The position numbers and the translations under genes are program-made. Positions 8,524 to 18,288 of a stretch of 64,000 nt of DNA are shown in pieces. Origin of the DNA: a virus (Duplodnaviria > Caudoviricetes); IMG/VR virus record IMGVR_UViG_3300025671_008697. The stretch is one strand, 5' to 3'. The notes below the pieces were generated by a model, which ran no database searches, was not told the origin of the DNA, and was given only the letters and a program-made list of their open reading frames with translations. Numbering within the stretch: the first letter of the stretch is position 1; each line of letters starts with the position of its first letter.

Positions 8524-9543
8524 GTGAGTACATACATCGAGATTGTTGAAGGCACTTATCGCAACCAGAATTGTGCTGGCATGCAGTTTGAACTGGTTAA
8601 ACAGTTTGAGCGTGGTGCTAAGAAAAGTTTTGTAACAGTCAAAAATCAAGGTCAGTTTCCTGGCTGTCCTGAGAGCATTCGCATTGCCTGCGAAGGTCCA
8701 ATGAGTTATCAATTTGTAGGAGATGCACCTGTGCAGAGTGAAGTAAAAGATCCTACCGTTCAAGAAACGGATGAGGAAGCAATCAGTCGCATCCGTGAGC
8801 GATTTGAAATCCTTACGGAGATGACCAAGGCGGCTACCACTGGTAGCATTCGTGCTATGATTGTCAGCGGCCCTCCCGGCGTTGGCAAGAGTTTTGGCGT
8901 TGAGCAAGAAATTGAAAAGGCTACCTTGCTGGATCAACTGGCTGGACGCAAGATCCGTGCTGAAGTGGTTAAAGGTAGTGCAACCGCTCTTGGCTTGTAC
9001 AGTACTTTGTACAAGTATTCGGACGAGAATTGCGTGGTTGTGTTTGACGACTGTGACAGCATTTTGTTGGATGACGTCAGTCTTAACCTGCTGAAAGGCG
9101 CATTAGATTCGGGCAAGAGTCGTAAGATTTCTTGGTTAAGTGACAGCCATTTGTTGCGCCGTGAAGGCATTCCGGACAGTTTCCAGTTTAAGGGTTCGGT
9201 AATCTTTATTACCAACCTCAAGTTCGACTCAATGAAGTCGCAGAAACTTCGGGACCACTTGGACGCACTGCAAAGCCGTTGCCACTATTTGGACCTGACC
9301 TTGGACACCATGCGTGACAAGATCCTCCGTATCAAGCAGATTGCCAGCGATGGCGAACTATTCCGTGATTATGAGGAGATTGAAACTGTGGCACAGGACG
9401 AGATCCTGGCGTTTATGGACGATAACAAGAATCGTCTGCGTGAGATGTCGTTGCGTATGGCGCTGAAGATTGCTGACTTGCGTGTCAGTTTCCCCGAGCG
9501 TTGGCAAGTAATGGCTCGTACTACTTGCATGAAGCCGGCTTAA
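8524..9543 (+). CDS. AAA+ P-loop ATPase with N-terminal extra domain
   Basis: Walker A GPPGVGKS, Walker B VVVFDDCD, sensor-1 FITN, ALQSRC Arg-finger region. GTG start with AGGAG SD. Confidence 0.85.
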   Translation: MSTYIEIVEGTYRNQNCAGMQFELVKQFERGAKKSFVTVKNQGQFPGCPESIRIACEGPMSYQFVGDAPVQSEVKDPTVQETDEEAISRIRERFEILTEMTKAATTGSIRAMIVSGPPGVGKSFGVEQEIEKATLLDQLAGRKIRAEVVKGSATALGLYSTLYKYSDENCVVVFDDCDSILLDDVSLNLLKGALDSGKSRKISWLSDSHLLRREGIPDSFQFKGSVIFITNLKFDSMKSQKLRDHLDALQSRCHYLDLTLDTMRDKILRIKQIASDGELFRDYEEIETVAQDEILAFMDDNKNRLREMSLRMALKIADLRVSFPERWQVMARTTCMKPA

Positions 9544-9633
9544 ATACAAGAACGGGAGACTTGGGGCTCATATCAAATATCCCCTCAGTCTTAAACAACC
9601 AACTGGTGTCCCTAAACAACTTGAGATTCAATT

Positions 9634-10314
9634 ATGGCAACTAAAACTAAATCTGAACAACACGAAGAACTTATCCAAACTCTTAAGTTCACACCCCGAA
9701 CATATCGTGTAAGCCTAACTGGCTATGGTGGCGAGATTGTTCTTGGAAGTGTGCCCCGAGAGACCTATGAGTACTTTCGTGACAATGAAATTGATGTAGA
9801 AGAATATGCTGGCGGCGGATGGGGTTGGGATGATGACGAAGACAGTCCTGAAGTTCCAGAAGAGCATCGTTTTGTAGAACCTGGCAGTTATTATGATTGC
9901 GATGACATTGCTCATGAAGTAGGTTGCGAGTTTAGCGAATACAATTACATTACTATTTCGGATGAAAATGGTGATGAAGTTTGGAGTTGCAAACTGGATT
10001 ATGAAGAATTGGAAAAGCACGGTGTTGAAGTCGAATACACCGAAGAGTTCATGTGCAGTGACAGGCCGGACAGAGAAAACACTGTGGGCTTTATTGGTCA
10101 GAGTGTAGAAAAAGGTACATTCTTCGATGGCGATTTAGGTTTAACTGCACCATTGGATCTAGCCAAATTAAAAATCTATGTCTACGAAGTTGAAGGTTGG
10201 GAATTAATTGCCAACGTAACTTACGGCGATGAAGACATTGAGGGTACAGATGGATATGATACTCGCGGTAAAAGCATGGAAATGAAATTTTACGACACTG
10301 GAGACGAGGATTAA
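9634..10314 (+). CDS. Acidic hypothetical protein
   Basis: 226-aa D/E-rich ORF followed by a terminator. Confidence 0.75.
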   Translation: MATKTKSEQHEELIQTLKFTPRTYRVSLTGYGGEIVLGSVPRETYEYFRDNEIDVEEYAGGGWGWDDDEDSPEVPEEHRFVEPGSYYDCDDIAHEVGCEFSEYNYITISDENGDEVWSCKLDYEELEKHGVEVEYTEEFMCSDRPDRENTVGFIGQSVEKGTFFDGDLGLTAPLDLAKLKIYVYEVEGWELIANVTYGDEDIEGTDGYDTRGKSMEMKFYDTGDED

Positions 10315-10361
10315 GTTTAGGGTTGCCAATATTCAGTCAGCTCCTGAGGCAACCTTTTTAG

Positions 10362-10392
10362 GCCCTGTCATTTTTATGGCAGGGCTTTTTTT
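10362..10392 (+). terminator. Rho-independent terminator
   Basis: GCCCTGTCAT-TTTT-ATGGCAGGGC followed by T7. Confidence 0.85.
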
Positions 10393-10419
10393 GACTTCTT
10401 TACTAGGATAAATTATAAT
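10391..10419 (+). promoter_or_regulatory. sigma70 promoter overlapping the terminator U-tract
   Basis: TTGACT(10391)-N17-TATAAT(10414). The ATG at 10425 follows after 5 nt (leaderless). Confidence 0.75.
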
Positions 10420-10424
10420 ACTGT

Positions 10425-11489
10425 ATGGAGCAAACTTTTCTTTACGTAGAAGACTACATCGAATTTATTTCTGGTTGGCGTACTCGTGGCGGCAAATTGT
10501 TAGGCTTGTTTCAAAATCAACAGAGTCCACTCAGCCTTGCCAGATATGATGTGCAGATTTTATCCAGTCTGGGCGAACAAACTGCACTCAGCCAGAAACC
10601 TTACACAGACAAACAGGCAGCTCTTGCAGTAAAGATTGTTACCAAGTATCGTAAACAGTTAGGCAATTTACCCGATCCTGTTTACATTCCTGAAGTGTTA
10701 GATAACTTCAGGTTAGGTATTAGACAAGTAGATAGAAGTCGCAAAATTTATATTGAAGACGATAAAATTATTGTTCGCTTTCCCTTTGATGGTTCATTGA
10801 TCGAGCAACTACGAGACTTGGCCAAACTAAGTCAAGGTGAATGTAAATGGAATCCCGTTCAAAAGGTGTGGTGTGGTGCCTTAACAGAATTTAATGTAAA
10901 CTACATTGTGGCTTTAGGTCGAGCACAACAGTTTGAAATCAGTGATGAAGTATTGGCACTGCAACAACAAATTCAAGCGGCAGAACAAACTGACTATCGC
11001 ATTGAACTGGTCCGGGATCGCGATGGGTGCTACACTATTACAAATTCAGAACAATCATTAATAGACTATTTGGAGCAACAACTTGGTAGTCACTGTTGGA
11101 CCAACTTGGTCGGATTGTGTGATTATGCACAAGTGTGCGGTTATGCGATAAGTACAGAAGTAGAACAAGAACTTGCAGACAAAGTCAAACCTGACTATTA
11201 TCGAGAAACTGTAAACTTTATTAAGAACAGAAAATTTGGCATTGCCAAAGAAGAGTTCAAACACGTTTTAGAGTATGCACGGTTGACCAACAGGTTGCCT
11301 GTGTACTACTATGATCCCACTTCATTGGATAAAACAGATACTGAAGAGATTGTTTATCTTAATATTGGAAGTCGTGATCCGGAATTAATGAATAAAATTA
11401 AACTGTTGGTAACTCATAGCAGTTTATTAATTGGTAGCAGACGTCAGGGTTGGGCGCAAAATGCAGAAAAGGTAATTGAATTACTATAA
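10425..11489 (+). CDS. Hypothetical protein upstream of the SF2 helicase
   Basis: 354-aa ORF whose stop overlaps the helicase ATG. Confidence 0.75.
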   Translation: MEQTFLYVEDYIEFISGWRTRGGKLLGLFQNQQSPLSLARYDVQILSSLGEQTALSQKPYTDKQAALAVKIVTKYRKQLGNLPDPVYIPEVLDNFRLGIRQVDRSRKIYIEDDKIIVRFPFDGSLIEQLRDLAKLSQGECKWNPVQKVWCGALTEFNVNYIVALGRAQQFEISDEVLALQQQIQAAEQTDYRIELVRDRDGCYTITNSEQSLIDYLEQQLGSHCWTNLVGLCDYAQVCGYAISTEVEQELADKVKPDYYRETVNFIKNRKFGIAKEEFKHVLEYARLTNRLPVYYYDPTSLDKTDTEEIVYLNIGSRDPELMNKIKLLVTHSSLLIGSRRQGWAQNAEKVIELL

Positions 11490-12943
11490 TGGAATGTAGA
11501 TTAATTATTCGTGACGAAGTTAATGTTAAACTGGAAGGTTTAGACTTAGTCACACGCAAAACACTGGTAAACAAATTCAAGTATGAAATACCTGGAGCAC
11601 GTTACTTGCCAGCAGTGAGACTGGGACGCTGGGATGGTAAGGTTCCCTACTTTAATTTAGGTGGCACAACCTACATCAACTTACTGCCCGACATCCTACC
11701 TGAACTTGAAAGTCGTGGCTATGACATTGAAGTAGATGATGTCCGTGACTACAGAACTACATTCGAGTTTGACAAAGTAACAGAGTCAACGTTTGCAGAT
11801 ATTGCTTGGCCCAAAGGACATCCTGCGGCAGGTGAGCCTATTGTATTACGGGATTACCAAATTGAAATTATCAATAAGTTTTTAGAAAATCCACAGTGTA
11901 TACAGGAAGTGGCCACAGGCGCAGGCAAAACTATTATGACCGCGGCGCTAAGTGCAAGTGTGGAGCAGTATGGTAGAACTATTGTTGTTGTGCCCAGTAA
12001 GAGTTTGGTCACACAGACAGAAGCAGACTATGTCAACATGGGTTTAGACGTTGGTGTGCTGTTCGGTGACCGTAAAGAATATACAAGAAAGCACACAATC
12101 TGTACTTGGCAAAGTCTAAACGCATTACTAAAAAATACACGCAACTACGAAGCAGATGTTACAATACAGGAGTTTGTGGAAGACGTAGTCTGTGTAATGG
12201 TAGACGAAGCACACAGTGCCAAAGCAGATGCACTAAAAAGTTTGCTGACCACAGTGTTTGCCCGCATACCTATTCGTTGGGGACTAACTGGTACCATACC
12301 TAAAGAAGATTTTGCTTTTCAGGCACTGAACTGTTGTATTGGTCCTGTGGTAGGAAAACTTAGTGCCAGCGAACTTCAAGAAGCAGGACACCTCAGTAAC
12401 TGTCACGTAAATATTGTACAGTTATCGGATTACGTAGAATACAAAGATTATCAAAGCGAACTGAGATATCTATTAGAAACAGATTCCAGACTAGATTACG
12501 TCAGTGAACTTGTAAACCGTATTGCAGAATCGGGCAATACATTAGTTCTTATTGACAGGGTGGGTCCTGGCAAGGAACTGGCAAGTAAAATCAACAACGC
12601 CGTTTTTGTCAGCGGCGCAACCAAAGCAAAGGATCGAAAGGACGAATATGACGAGATTGCTACTAGCACCGATAAGGTTATTGTTGCGACTTATGGTGTG
12701 GCCGCTGTGGGTATTAACATTCCTAGGATTTTCAATTTGGTTCTTGTGGAACCCGGAAAGAGCTTTGTACGTGTTATCCAGTCAATTGGCCGAGGCATTA
12801 GAAAGGCAGAAGATAAGGACTTTGTCCAGATCTGGGACATTACTTCCACCTGTAAATTTGCCAAAAGACACCTCACTAAACGAAAACAATTTTACCGAGA
12901 TGCACAGTACCCATTCGCCGTTGAGCGAGTAGATTGGCAGTAA
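11489..12943 (+). CDS. uvsW: SF2 DNA helicase, UvsW-like
   Basis: LRDYQ, ATGAGKT, VDEAH, GLTGT, VATYGVAAVGINIP, QSIGRGIR. Confidence 0.88.
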   Translation: MECRLIIRDEVNVKLEGLDLVTRKTLVNKFKYEIPGARYLPAVRLGRWDGKVPYFNLGGTTYINLLPDILPELESRGYDIEVDDVRDYRTTFEFDKVTESTFADIAWPKGHPAAGEPIVLRDYQIEIINKFLENPQCIQEVATGAGKTIMTAALSASVEQYGRTIVVVPSKSLVTQTEADYVNMGLDVGVLFGDRKEYTRKHTICTWQSLNALLKNTRNYEADVTIQEFVEDVVCVMVDEAHSAKADALKSLLTTVFARIPIRWGLTGTIPKEDFAFQALNCCIGPVVGKLSASELQEAGHLSNCHVNIVQLSDYVEYKDYQSELRYLLETDSRLDYVSELVNRIAESGNTLVLIDRVGPGKELASKINNAVFVSGATKAKDRKDEYDEIATSTDKVIVATYGVAAVGINIPRIFNLVLVEPGKSFVRVIQSIGRGIRKAEDKDFVQIWDITSTCKFAKRHLTKRKQFYRDAQYPFAVERVDWQ

Positions 12944-13600
12944 ATGATATCACGTGATAAATTTATACGTTATTTAGAAACAGTAGATTACCTTTACGTT
13001 GGTAATATATCTGCTGATTGGAATACAATTCTGGATGAATGTTATGCATTAGTTGACAAAAGTCCAACTTATTGGAATTCAGTATGTGCAGAAGGTTTGA
13101 AAGATTGGGGAGGAGTCCAAGGTGCAGAAAAGTGGACCGTAACAACAGATGGTGCCGCCGCAGTTGGATACACAAGCCAAAATACTAAATCATGGGGCAC
13201 AACACACGACAAACCACAGTTGCATATGGAATGGGAAAAAATTGTAAAAGATTGGTTGCCATTAGAGCATGCTATAAGCAGACCGTCTTTGCAAAAACCT
13301 GGCAATGTTTTGCCATGGCACAGAGACTATTTTGTGATGTTTAAAAAACATTATCCAGAAGAATCTGAATATGTAATTAGATTTATTGTTTTTATGAAGG
13401 ATTGGGAGCCCGGCCATATGTTTAATGCCGGCGACTCTATTTTTTCAAATTGGAAGGCAGGAGATGCTATTGTTTATCATCCTACTAGATACCACATAGG
13501 CGCGAATGCAGGAATGACAGACAAATGGACTCAAAATGTTACTGGTGTTCTTAAAGAGCAAATAAATTTTCCAGCATTAGATTTAGGTAAAATATGTTAA
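12944..13600 (+). CDS. Cupin/2OG-Fe(II) oxygenase-like protein
   Basis: VLPWHRD (HxD) and distal YHIGAN His. AT-rich. Confidence 0.65.
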   Translation: MISRDKFIRYLETVDYLYVGNISADWNTILDECYALVDKSPTYWNSVCAEGLKDWGGVQGAEKWTVTTDGAAAVGYTSQNTKSWGTTHDKPQLHMEWEKIVKDWLPLEHAISRPSLQKPGNVLPWHRDYFVMFKKHYPEESEYVIRFIVFMKDWEPGHMFNAGDSIFSNWKAGDAIVYHPTRYHIGANAGMTDKWTQNVTGVLKEQINFPALDLGKIC

Positions 13601-14448
13601 TAGGTCATAAACCATTAATTATTCCGGAAATTATAAATTTTATTGATAATATTTTTCCTAATATTACTTGGGAAAAACTAATGCAAGTGGAGCAGCAAGA
13701 TTTAGATCTTGCTTGGAGAACTTGGTTAACTGATAGTCCATGTCATGAAATTAAAGGTTTAGATCAATTTAAATTAAGTTCTTTTTGCCCGGGTACCAGT
13801 GATGCATTCGGTGAATTTATTGCAAGATATCCAAACAGGACAGTAAGGGTAAGTAGAAGCGATTTTATTTTAACTAAAATACTTTGCAAAACTTGGAATA
13901 GAAAACTAGTGTATCTAGAGGATGCACCGCTTGAAATAAACGACTGTATAATTTTGAGTATGCCATATAGCGGAAATGGTAGCGAACTACCCGATCAGGA
14001 CCAATTATTGGACAATGCAGATAAATTAAATGTTCCTGTGTTTGTGGATGGAGCTTATTTCGGAATCTCAACCTCAGTAATTTATCCATTAGATAGAAAA
14101 TGTGTAACCGACTTTACTACAAGTTTAAGTAAAAATATGGTAAGTGATCCTTTGCGATTAGGTATAAGATTTACCAAAGAAAAAATAGATGACGGTATTA
14201 CTGCTACTCTATTGGGTAGTAATGTTTTTGATAGACTTGGTGCATATTTGTCTATACAACTCTTAAAAAACTTCCCCCATAAATGGTTGATTGAAAAATT
14301 CCATAACAAGTCATTAAAAATCTGCCAAGATCTTAAATTACGACCCACCAAAACAATTACTTTAGCGTTGGGACCGGAATCAATGATAGAATTCCAAAGA
14401 GGTGATTATGTTCGAATCTGTTTAACAGACGAATTAATTGCAGATTAG
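13594..14448 (+). CDS. Short PLP-dependent fold-type I enzyme
   Basis: PVFVDGAY (PLP Asp), SLSKNM (Schiff-base Lys), LRLGIR. Only 284 aa, AT-rich. Confidence 0.65.
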   Translation: MLIGHKPLIIPEIINFIDNIFPNITWEKLMQVEQQDLDLAWRTWLTDSPCHEIKGLDQFKLSSFCPGTSDAFGEFIARYPNRTVRVSRSDFILTKILCKTWNRKLVYLEDAPLEINDCIILSMPYSGNGSELPDQDQLLDNADKLNVPVFVDGAYFGISTSVIYPLDRKCVTDFTTSLSKNMVSDPLRLGIRFTKEKIDDGITATLLGSNVFDRLGAYLSIQLLKNFPHKWLIEKFHNKSLKICQDLKLRPTKTITLALGPESMIEFQRGDYVRICLTDELIAD

Positions 14449-14451
14449 ATA

Positions 14452-14479
14452 TTGACATATTTTTATAAGAGTGTATACT
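14452..14479 (+). promoter_or_regulatory. Possible sigma70 promoter
   Basis: TTGACA(14452)-N16-TATACT(14474). Confidence 0.5.
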
Positions 14480-14502
14480 TTGCGTAACACTATTAATATT
14501 AT

Positions 14503-15006
14503 ATGAGACTATTAACATTAGACAATACCAGTTACGAATTAAATGATATACCAGAAGAAGTAGATGACATACGTTTTTGCGTATTAGATAATTCAGATCC
14601 CAAAGACCCTGACTACTTTTTTATTCCTTTAATCTTTTTAGAAAGTTTTAACAGCCCTGCTCTCGTCTTAAAGATAGGCAACGCTACTATAAAAATGCCA
14701 ATTGATTGGCAACTGCTAATAGGCGAAAAGGACTTGGGCGACTTAGAAGTAGTTCCTCTTACTAGCATCAACGACAGAGGATTTAGTGCGTTTGCTTTTA
14801 ATCCATTAACAAGTTTTAGGCCAGACTTCTTTCCTGTAGAAGTTGTTGACATCTATCAGGACGTTAAGTGGTACTTTCCTAAACTAAAACCAGGACAGAT
14901 GTTGGCCGTTCCTTTAGAAACAGGCGTAGAAAAACCTATGTGTGTTTATTTTGTTAAAGACATCAGTAGGCAAAGTGAGGTTGTTAACTATACAAAAGTA
15001 TGGTAG
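14503..15006 (+). CDS. Hypothetical beta-rich protein
   Basis: 167-aa ORF with core-genome codon usage. Confidence 0.75.
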   Translation: MRLLTLDNTSYELNDIPEEVDDIRFCVLDNSDPKDPDYFFIPLIFLESFNSPALVLKIGNATIKMPIDWQLLIGEKDLGDLEVVPLTSINDRGFSAFAFNPLTSFRPDFFPVEVVDIYQDVKWYFPKLKPGQMLAVPLETGVEKPMCVYFVKDISRQSEVVNYTKVW

Positions 15007-15007
15007 T

Positions 15008-15271
15008 ATGAGCGACTTAACTGAAAGACCGTACATTTACGAATCGCCGGATGGCGGTAAAACCATATACAGGCGATATGCAGGCGAAACTGCGAGGGAG
15101 TTAATTGGTTACAAATACGAACCAACTGACCAAGAACAGTTAGAAGTTTACCGAGAAATGATGGTTTTGGCTCGGACACATCCAGGCTTGGCAGAAGAAT
15201 TAGAACGTGTTAAAATGTATTACTATCTGTTAAAGCAACAAAACAATGAAGTTTTTTGGCATCCAGTATAA
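15008..15271 (+). CDS. Hypothetical protein (YESPDGGKT motif)
   Basis: ATG at 15008 directly after the upstream stop. The motif is typical of T4-like phage small ORFs. Confidence 0.7.
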   Translation: MSDLTERPYIYESPDGGKTIYRRYAGETARELIGYKYEPTDQEQLEVYREMMVLARTHPGLAEELERVKMYYYLLKQQNNEVFWHPV

Positions 15272-15735
15272 TGGACAAACTATCGATTAACAATGAAATG
15301 GCTCAGTTCGACACAAAGAACAGACAGTTCTATGACGAACTTACACCAGAAGAACAAAAGAAGTTTAGCACTTACTTGATGCTACGTTATGGTGCCAGCG
15401 TAGAGGGTAGTGCTGACTTTCAAGAATGGTACTTACGTGTAACTAACGAAAGGTTGAATGTAAACTTTTTTGATTTAAATAAACATCCTAAACTGCAATG
15501 GTTATTGGCTACCACAGTTAGTCCGGGTATGGGTCGGCAACGACATTATTGGCAGGCTGCAAAAAAGAAAGAAGGATCAAACAGTAAAGCAGTAAAGTTT
15601 TTGCAAAAGATATATCCAGAACGTAAGCAAGATGAAATAGAACTACTAGCCGCAATCAATGATACTAAGTCTTTAAAACTGTTGGCACAAGAGTCTGGCA
15701 TGACAGACCAGGACATTAAACGGGAATTAGGGTGA
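15271..15735 (+). CDS. Putative clamp-loader small subunit (T4 gp62-like)
   Basis: Size, helical character, F..YLMLRY.S and KHPKLQW..L segments, replication-module context. Confidence 0.5.
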   Translation: MDKLSINNEMAQFDTKNRQFYDELTPEEQKKFSTYLMLRYGASVEGSADFQEWYLRVTNERLNVNFFDLNKHPKLQWLLATTVSPGMGRQRHYWQAAKKKEGSNSKAVKFLQKIYPERKQDEIELLAAINDTKSLKLLAQESGMTDQDIKRELG

Positions 15736-16415
15736 CGTATACCTGTAGGTATTGCAACAAAAGTTACAGTAAAGAAAGCACATTGGCTGCACATCTTTGC
15801 GAGCCCAAGCGCAGGTATCAACAACAGAATGAACAGGGAGTACAGATAGGATTTAAAGCCTATTTGAGATTTTATGAACTTACACAGGGTAGTGCAAAAC
15901 TAAAAACATATGAAGATTTTGTTGGCAGTCCTTATTATATGGCTTTTGTTAAATTCGGCAGACATCTTGTGGCAATACGTTGCATTAATACTGCCAGCTT
16001 TATTGATTGGTTATTAAAAAACAATAAAAAGATTGATCACTGGACCAAAGAGTCCATGTACACAGAGTGGATGTTAGAATACATTCGTAAAGAAAATGTT
16101 AAAGACGCATTAGAACGTGCTTTACGTGAAATGCAGTTACTAGCAGACACAGATGAAAAATTGAAGGGAAATTTTAATGACTACTTTAGATTGGCTAGCA
16201 GTAATCGTGTGGTTAAGCAAATTTGTGATTGTCGTGTCACTGCTTGGATTGTGTTTAATTGCGATAGCGGAATACATTTCCTCGAAACGCTCAACGAAGA
16301 ACAAGTCGGAATGATCTTGCCTTACATTGATCCAGACTTTTGGCAACGTCGTTTCACAGACTATGTTGCAGACACAGAGTGGGTCAAAGATATACTAGCA
16401 AAGGCAGGCCTGTGA
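15732..16415 (+). CDS. Hypothetical protein with N-terminal zinc finger
   Basis: YTCRYCNKSY...LAAHLC (C2HC). GTG start overlaps the upstream stop. Confidence 0.7.
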   Translation: MTYTCRYCNKSYSKESTLAAHLCEPKRRYQQQNEQGVQIGFKAYLRFYELTQGSAKLKTYEDFVGSPYYMAFVKFGRHLVAIRCINTASFIDWLLKNNKKIDHWTKESMYTEWMLEYIRKENVKDALERALREMQLLADTDEKLKGNFNDYFRLASSNRVVKQICDCRVTAWIVFNCDSGIHFLETLNEEQVGMILPYIDPDFWQRRFTDYVADTEWVKDILAKAGL

Positions 16416-17293
16416 TGCTAATGCCGTACTTGATATTGGAAATAGATTTTGTAGGCGGAACCCATGGTAATTTCTTAGAGTTTATTCTTAACCTGTGTTT
16501 AACGAATAAAAAATTGGGGATGCCTTTTACTCAAATAGGAACCAGTCATAAAAAAAGTTATGTGGAAAAAGCGCAGTCAGTTCACAGCGACCATTATATG
16601 ACAGAAAAAATTCCGTTTAAAGGAAATAATATTATTGTTATAGAGATTGATAAAAAAGTTAACTTACTTAATTTACAATCTATAATATTATACCGTGCTG
16701 GCGATAGAAAAATAGAAACTCACGATTTACACATCAAAACTTTTCATAAATTAAACATTAAAATGTATAAATCTCTACTTCAAAATTTATGTAAAAGTTA
16801 TAATGTAAATTTGTCCGAATTGGAACCTAACTGTCCTAGACATATTCTAAGAGAGTTTTTTAAACACGCATATAGAGATAACAGTTTATTTGGTCCGACA
16901 GACGGACAAGAAGAGTTCATTAATTCTTTAATCAAAGAAGGAAAAAAATTATATAGATTTCCAGTTTCATCGTTTTATAATTACGAAAATTTTGACAGGG
17001 AAATTAAAAACATCCAACAATTTTATAATTTTAATTTTTTAAATTATGAATATAAAGAAGAGCACCGAGAATTTTTGCATTATTTAGAATATTTCTTAAG
17101 TTTAAATATCCTACCGGATAAAATAATAAATGCAGTTGAACATGAGTTAGATCTAGAATTTGATAATTTGACTATTTTACAAGAAAGTTATATTAACGGA
17201 AATCTAGAACGTATTTTTAATAAAGAAATGCCATTTTTACAAGAAAAATATTTTATCAACACAAGACAAATTATCGATTACTTGAAAACATGA
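16415..17293 (+). CDS. AT-rich hypothetical protein
   Basis: Overlaps both neighbours (TGATG at 16413-16417, ATGA at 17290-17293). N-terminal DFVGGTHGNFL segment. Confidence 0.65.
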   Translation: MLMPYLILEIDFVGGTHGNFLEFILNLCLTNKKLGMPFTQIGTSHKKSYVEKAQSVHSDHYMTEKIPFKGNNIIVIEIDKKVNLLNLQSIILYRAGDRKIETHDLHIKTFHKLNIKMYKSLLQNLCKSYNVNLSELEPNCPRHILREFFKHAYRDNSLFGPTDGQEEFINSLIKEGKKLYRFPVSSFYNYENFDREIKNIQQFYNFNFLNYEYKEEHREFLHYLEYFLSLNILPDKIINAVEHELDLEFDNLTILQESYINGNLERIFNKEMPFLQEKYFINTRQIIDYLKT

Positions 17294-17871
17294 AATTTCG
17301 TTCAGACATTGACATTGACTTTGCAGACAGAACAAAGATCTTGGACATATTGCCACATACTAGTGCCAGTATAATTAAGGATGGTTCCATCTCAAAACAC
17401 AACACAGGTGTGTACTTTACAGAAATACCGCAAGATCCATTTACAGGATATGCCAGCATAGACTATGAACGAGCAGAAGATTTGGGATATTTAAAGTTAG
17501 ATTTTCTTAATGTAAACCTGTACAGTCAAGTCAAAAGCGAACAACATCTATTAGAGTTGATAGAGCAAGAACCTGAGTGGGACAAACTGTATGATAGAGC
17601 ATTCTGTGAGCAGTTAATTCACATAGGTAATCATTACGATACACTGATCAAGATGCCTGAAGCAGTTAACAGTATTCCTAGAATGGCCATGTTTATCAGT
17701 GTAATCAGACCTGCCAAACGCCACTTAATAGGACAGGCCTGGGGTGAAGTTAGGAAAACTGTGTGGCAACGTCCCGAAGACGACAGTTATTATTTTAAGC
17801 AGAGTCACGCAGTTGCTTATGCTACACTGGTAGCAGTCAACATGAATTTGCTAGGGAATTCTGCGGACTAG
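17290..17871 (+). CDS. Miniature DNA polymerase III alpha (DnaE) catalytic core, 193 aa
   Basis: SDIDIDF, KHNTGVY, GYLKLDFL, ISVIRPA and FKQSHAVAY occur in DnaE order. Confidence 0.8.
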   Translation: MKFRSDIDIDFADRTKILDILPHTSASIIKDGSISKHNTGVYFTEIPQDPFTGYASIDYERAEDLGYLKLDFLNVNLYSQVKSEQHLLELIEQEPEWDKLYDRAFCEQLIHIGNHYDTLIKMPEAVNSIPRMAMFISVIRPAKRHLIGQAWGEVRKTVWQRPEDDSYYFKQSHAVAYATLVAVNMNLLGNSAD

Positions 17872-18225
17872 GGTAATACTACGGCGCTTACTGCGCTTTT
17901 GTGCATTTTCTTTTAGGCTGATTGTGGGCCCATACTTGATATCTACATCCTTGCTGATAAAAGTCTTTAAGCAGACCCTAAAAGGAGCCCAGTCTTGTTT
18001 AATGAAAAGATTTATAGGAACCATCCTATTACTTTCCCACCACCAAGTATCTGCTAGTTCCAAATAAACCTGCTTTTCTTCTTGGGTTCTTAGGATACCA
18101 TAGTCGTAGATAGTAGTAATACTGTCGTCACAATTCTGAATTATGCCTATGTATTCATTGCCGCCGTAGGTCAAAAGACTTAAAAAAGGATACTCTTCTA
18201 GTAGTTTTTGGTAGTATTCTTCCAC
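17851..18225 (-). CDS. Hypothetical protein (leaderless candidate)
   Basis: 124-aa ORF. A perfect TATAAATA on the minus strand (18238-18231) lies 5 nt before the GTG. Confidence 0.75.
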   Translation of the reverse strand: MEEYYQKLLEEYPFLSLLTYGGNEYIGIIQNCDDSITTIYDYGILRTQEEKQVYLELADTWWWESNRMVPINLFIKQDWAPFRVCLKTFISKDVDIKYGPTISLKENAQKRSKRRSITLVRRIP

Positions 18226-18288
18226 AGTGATATTTATAGTTCGAAAATAAGTCAGAACTTACTTATGGCGAATCCGCTAAATACACTA

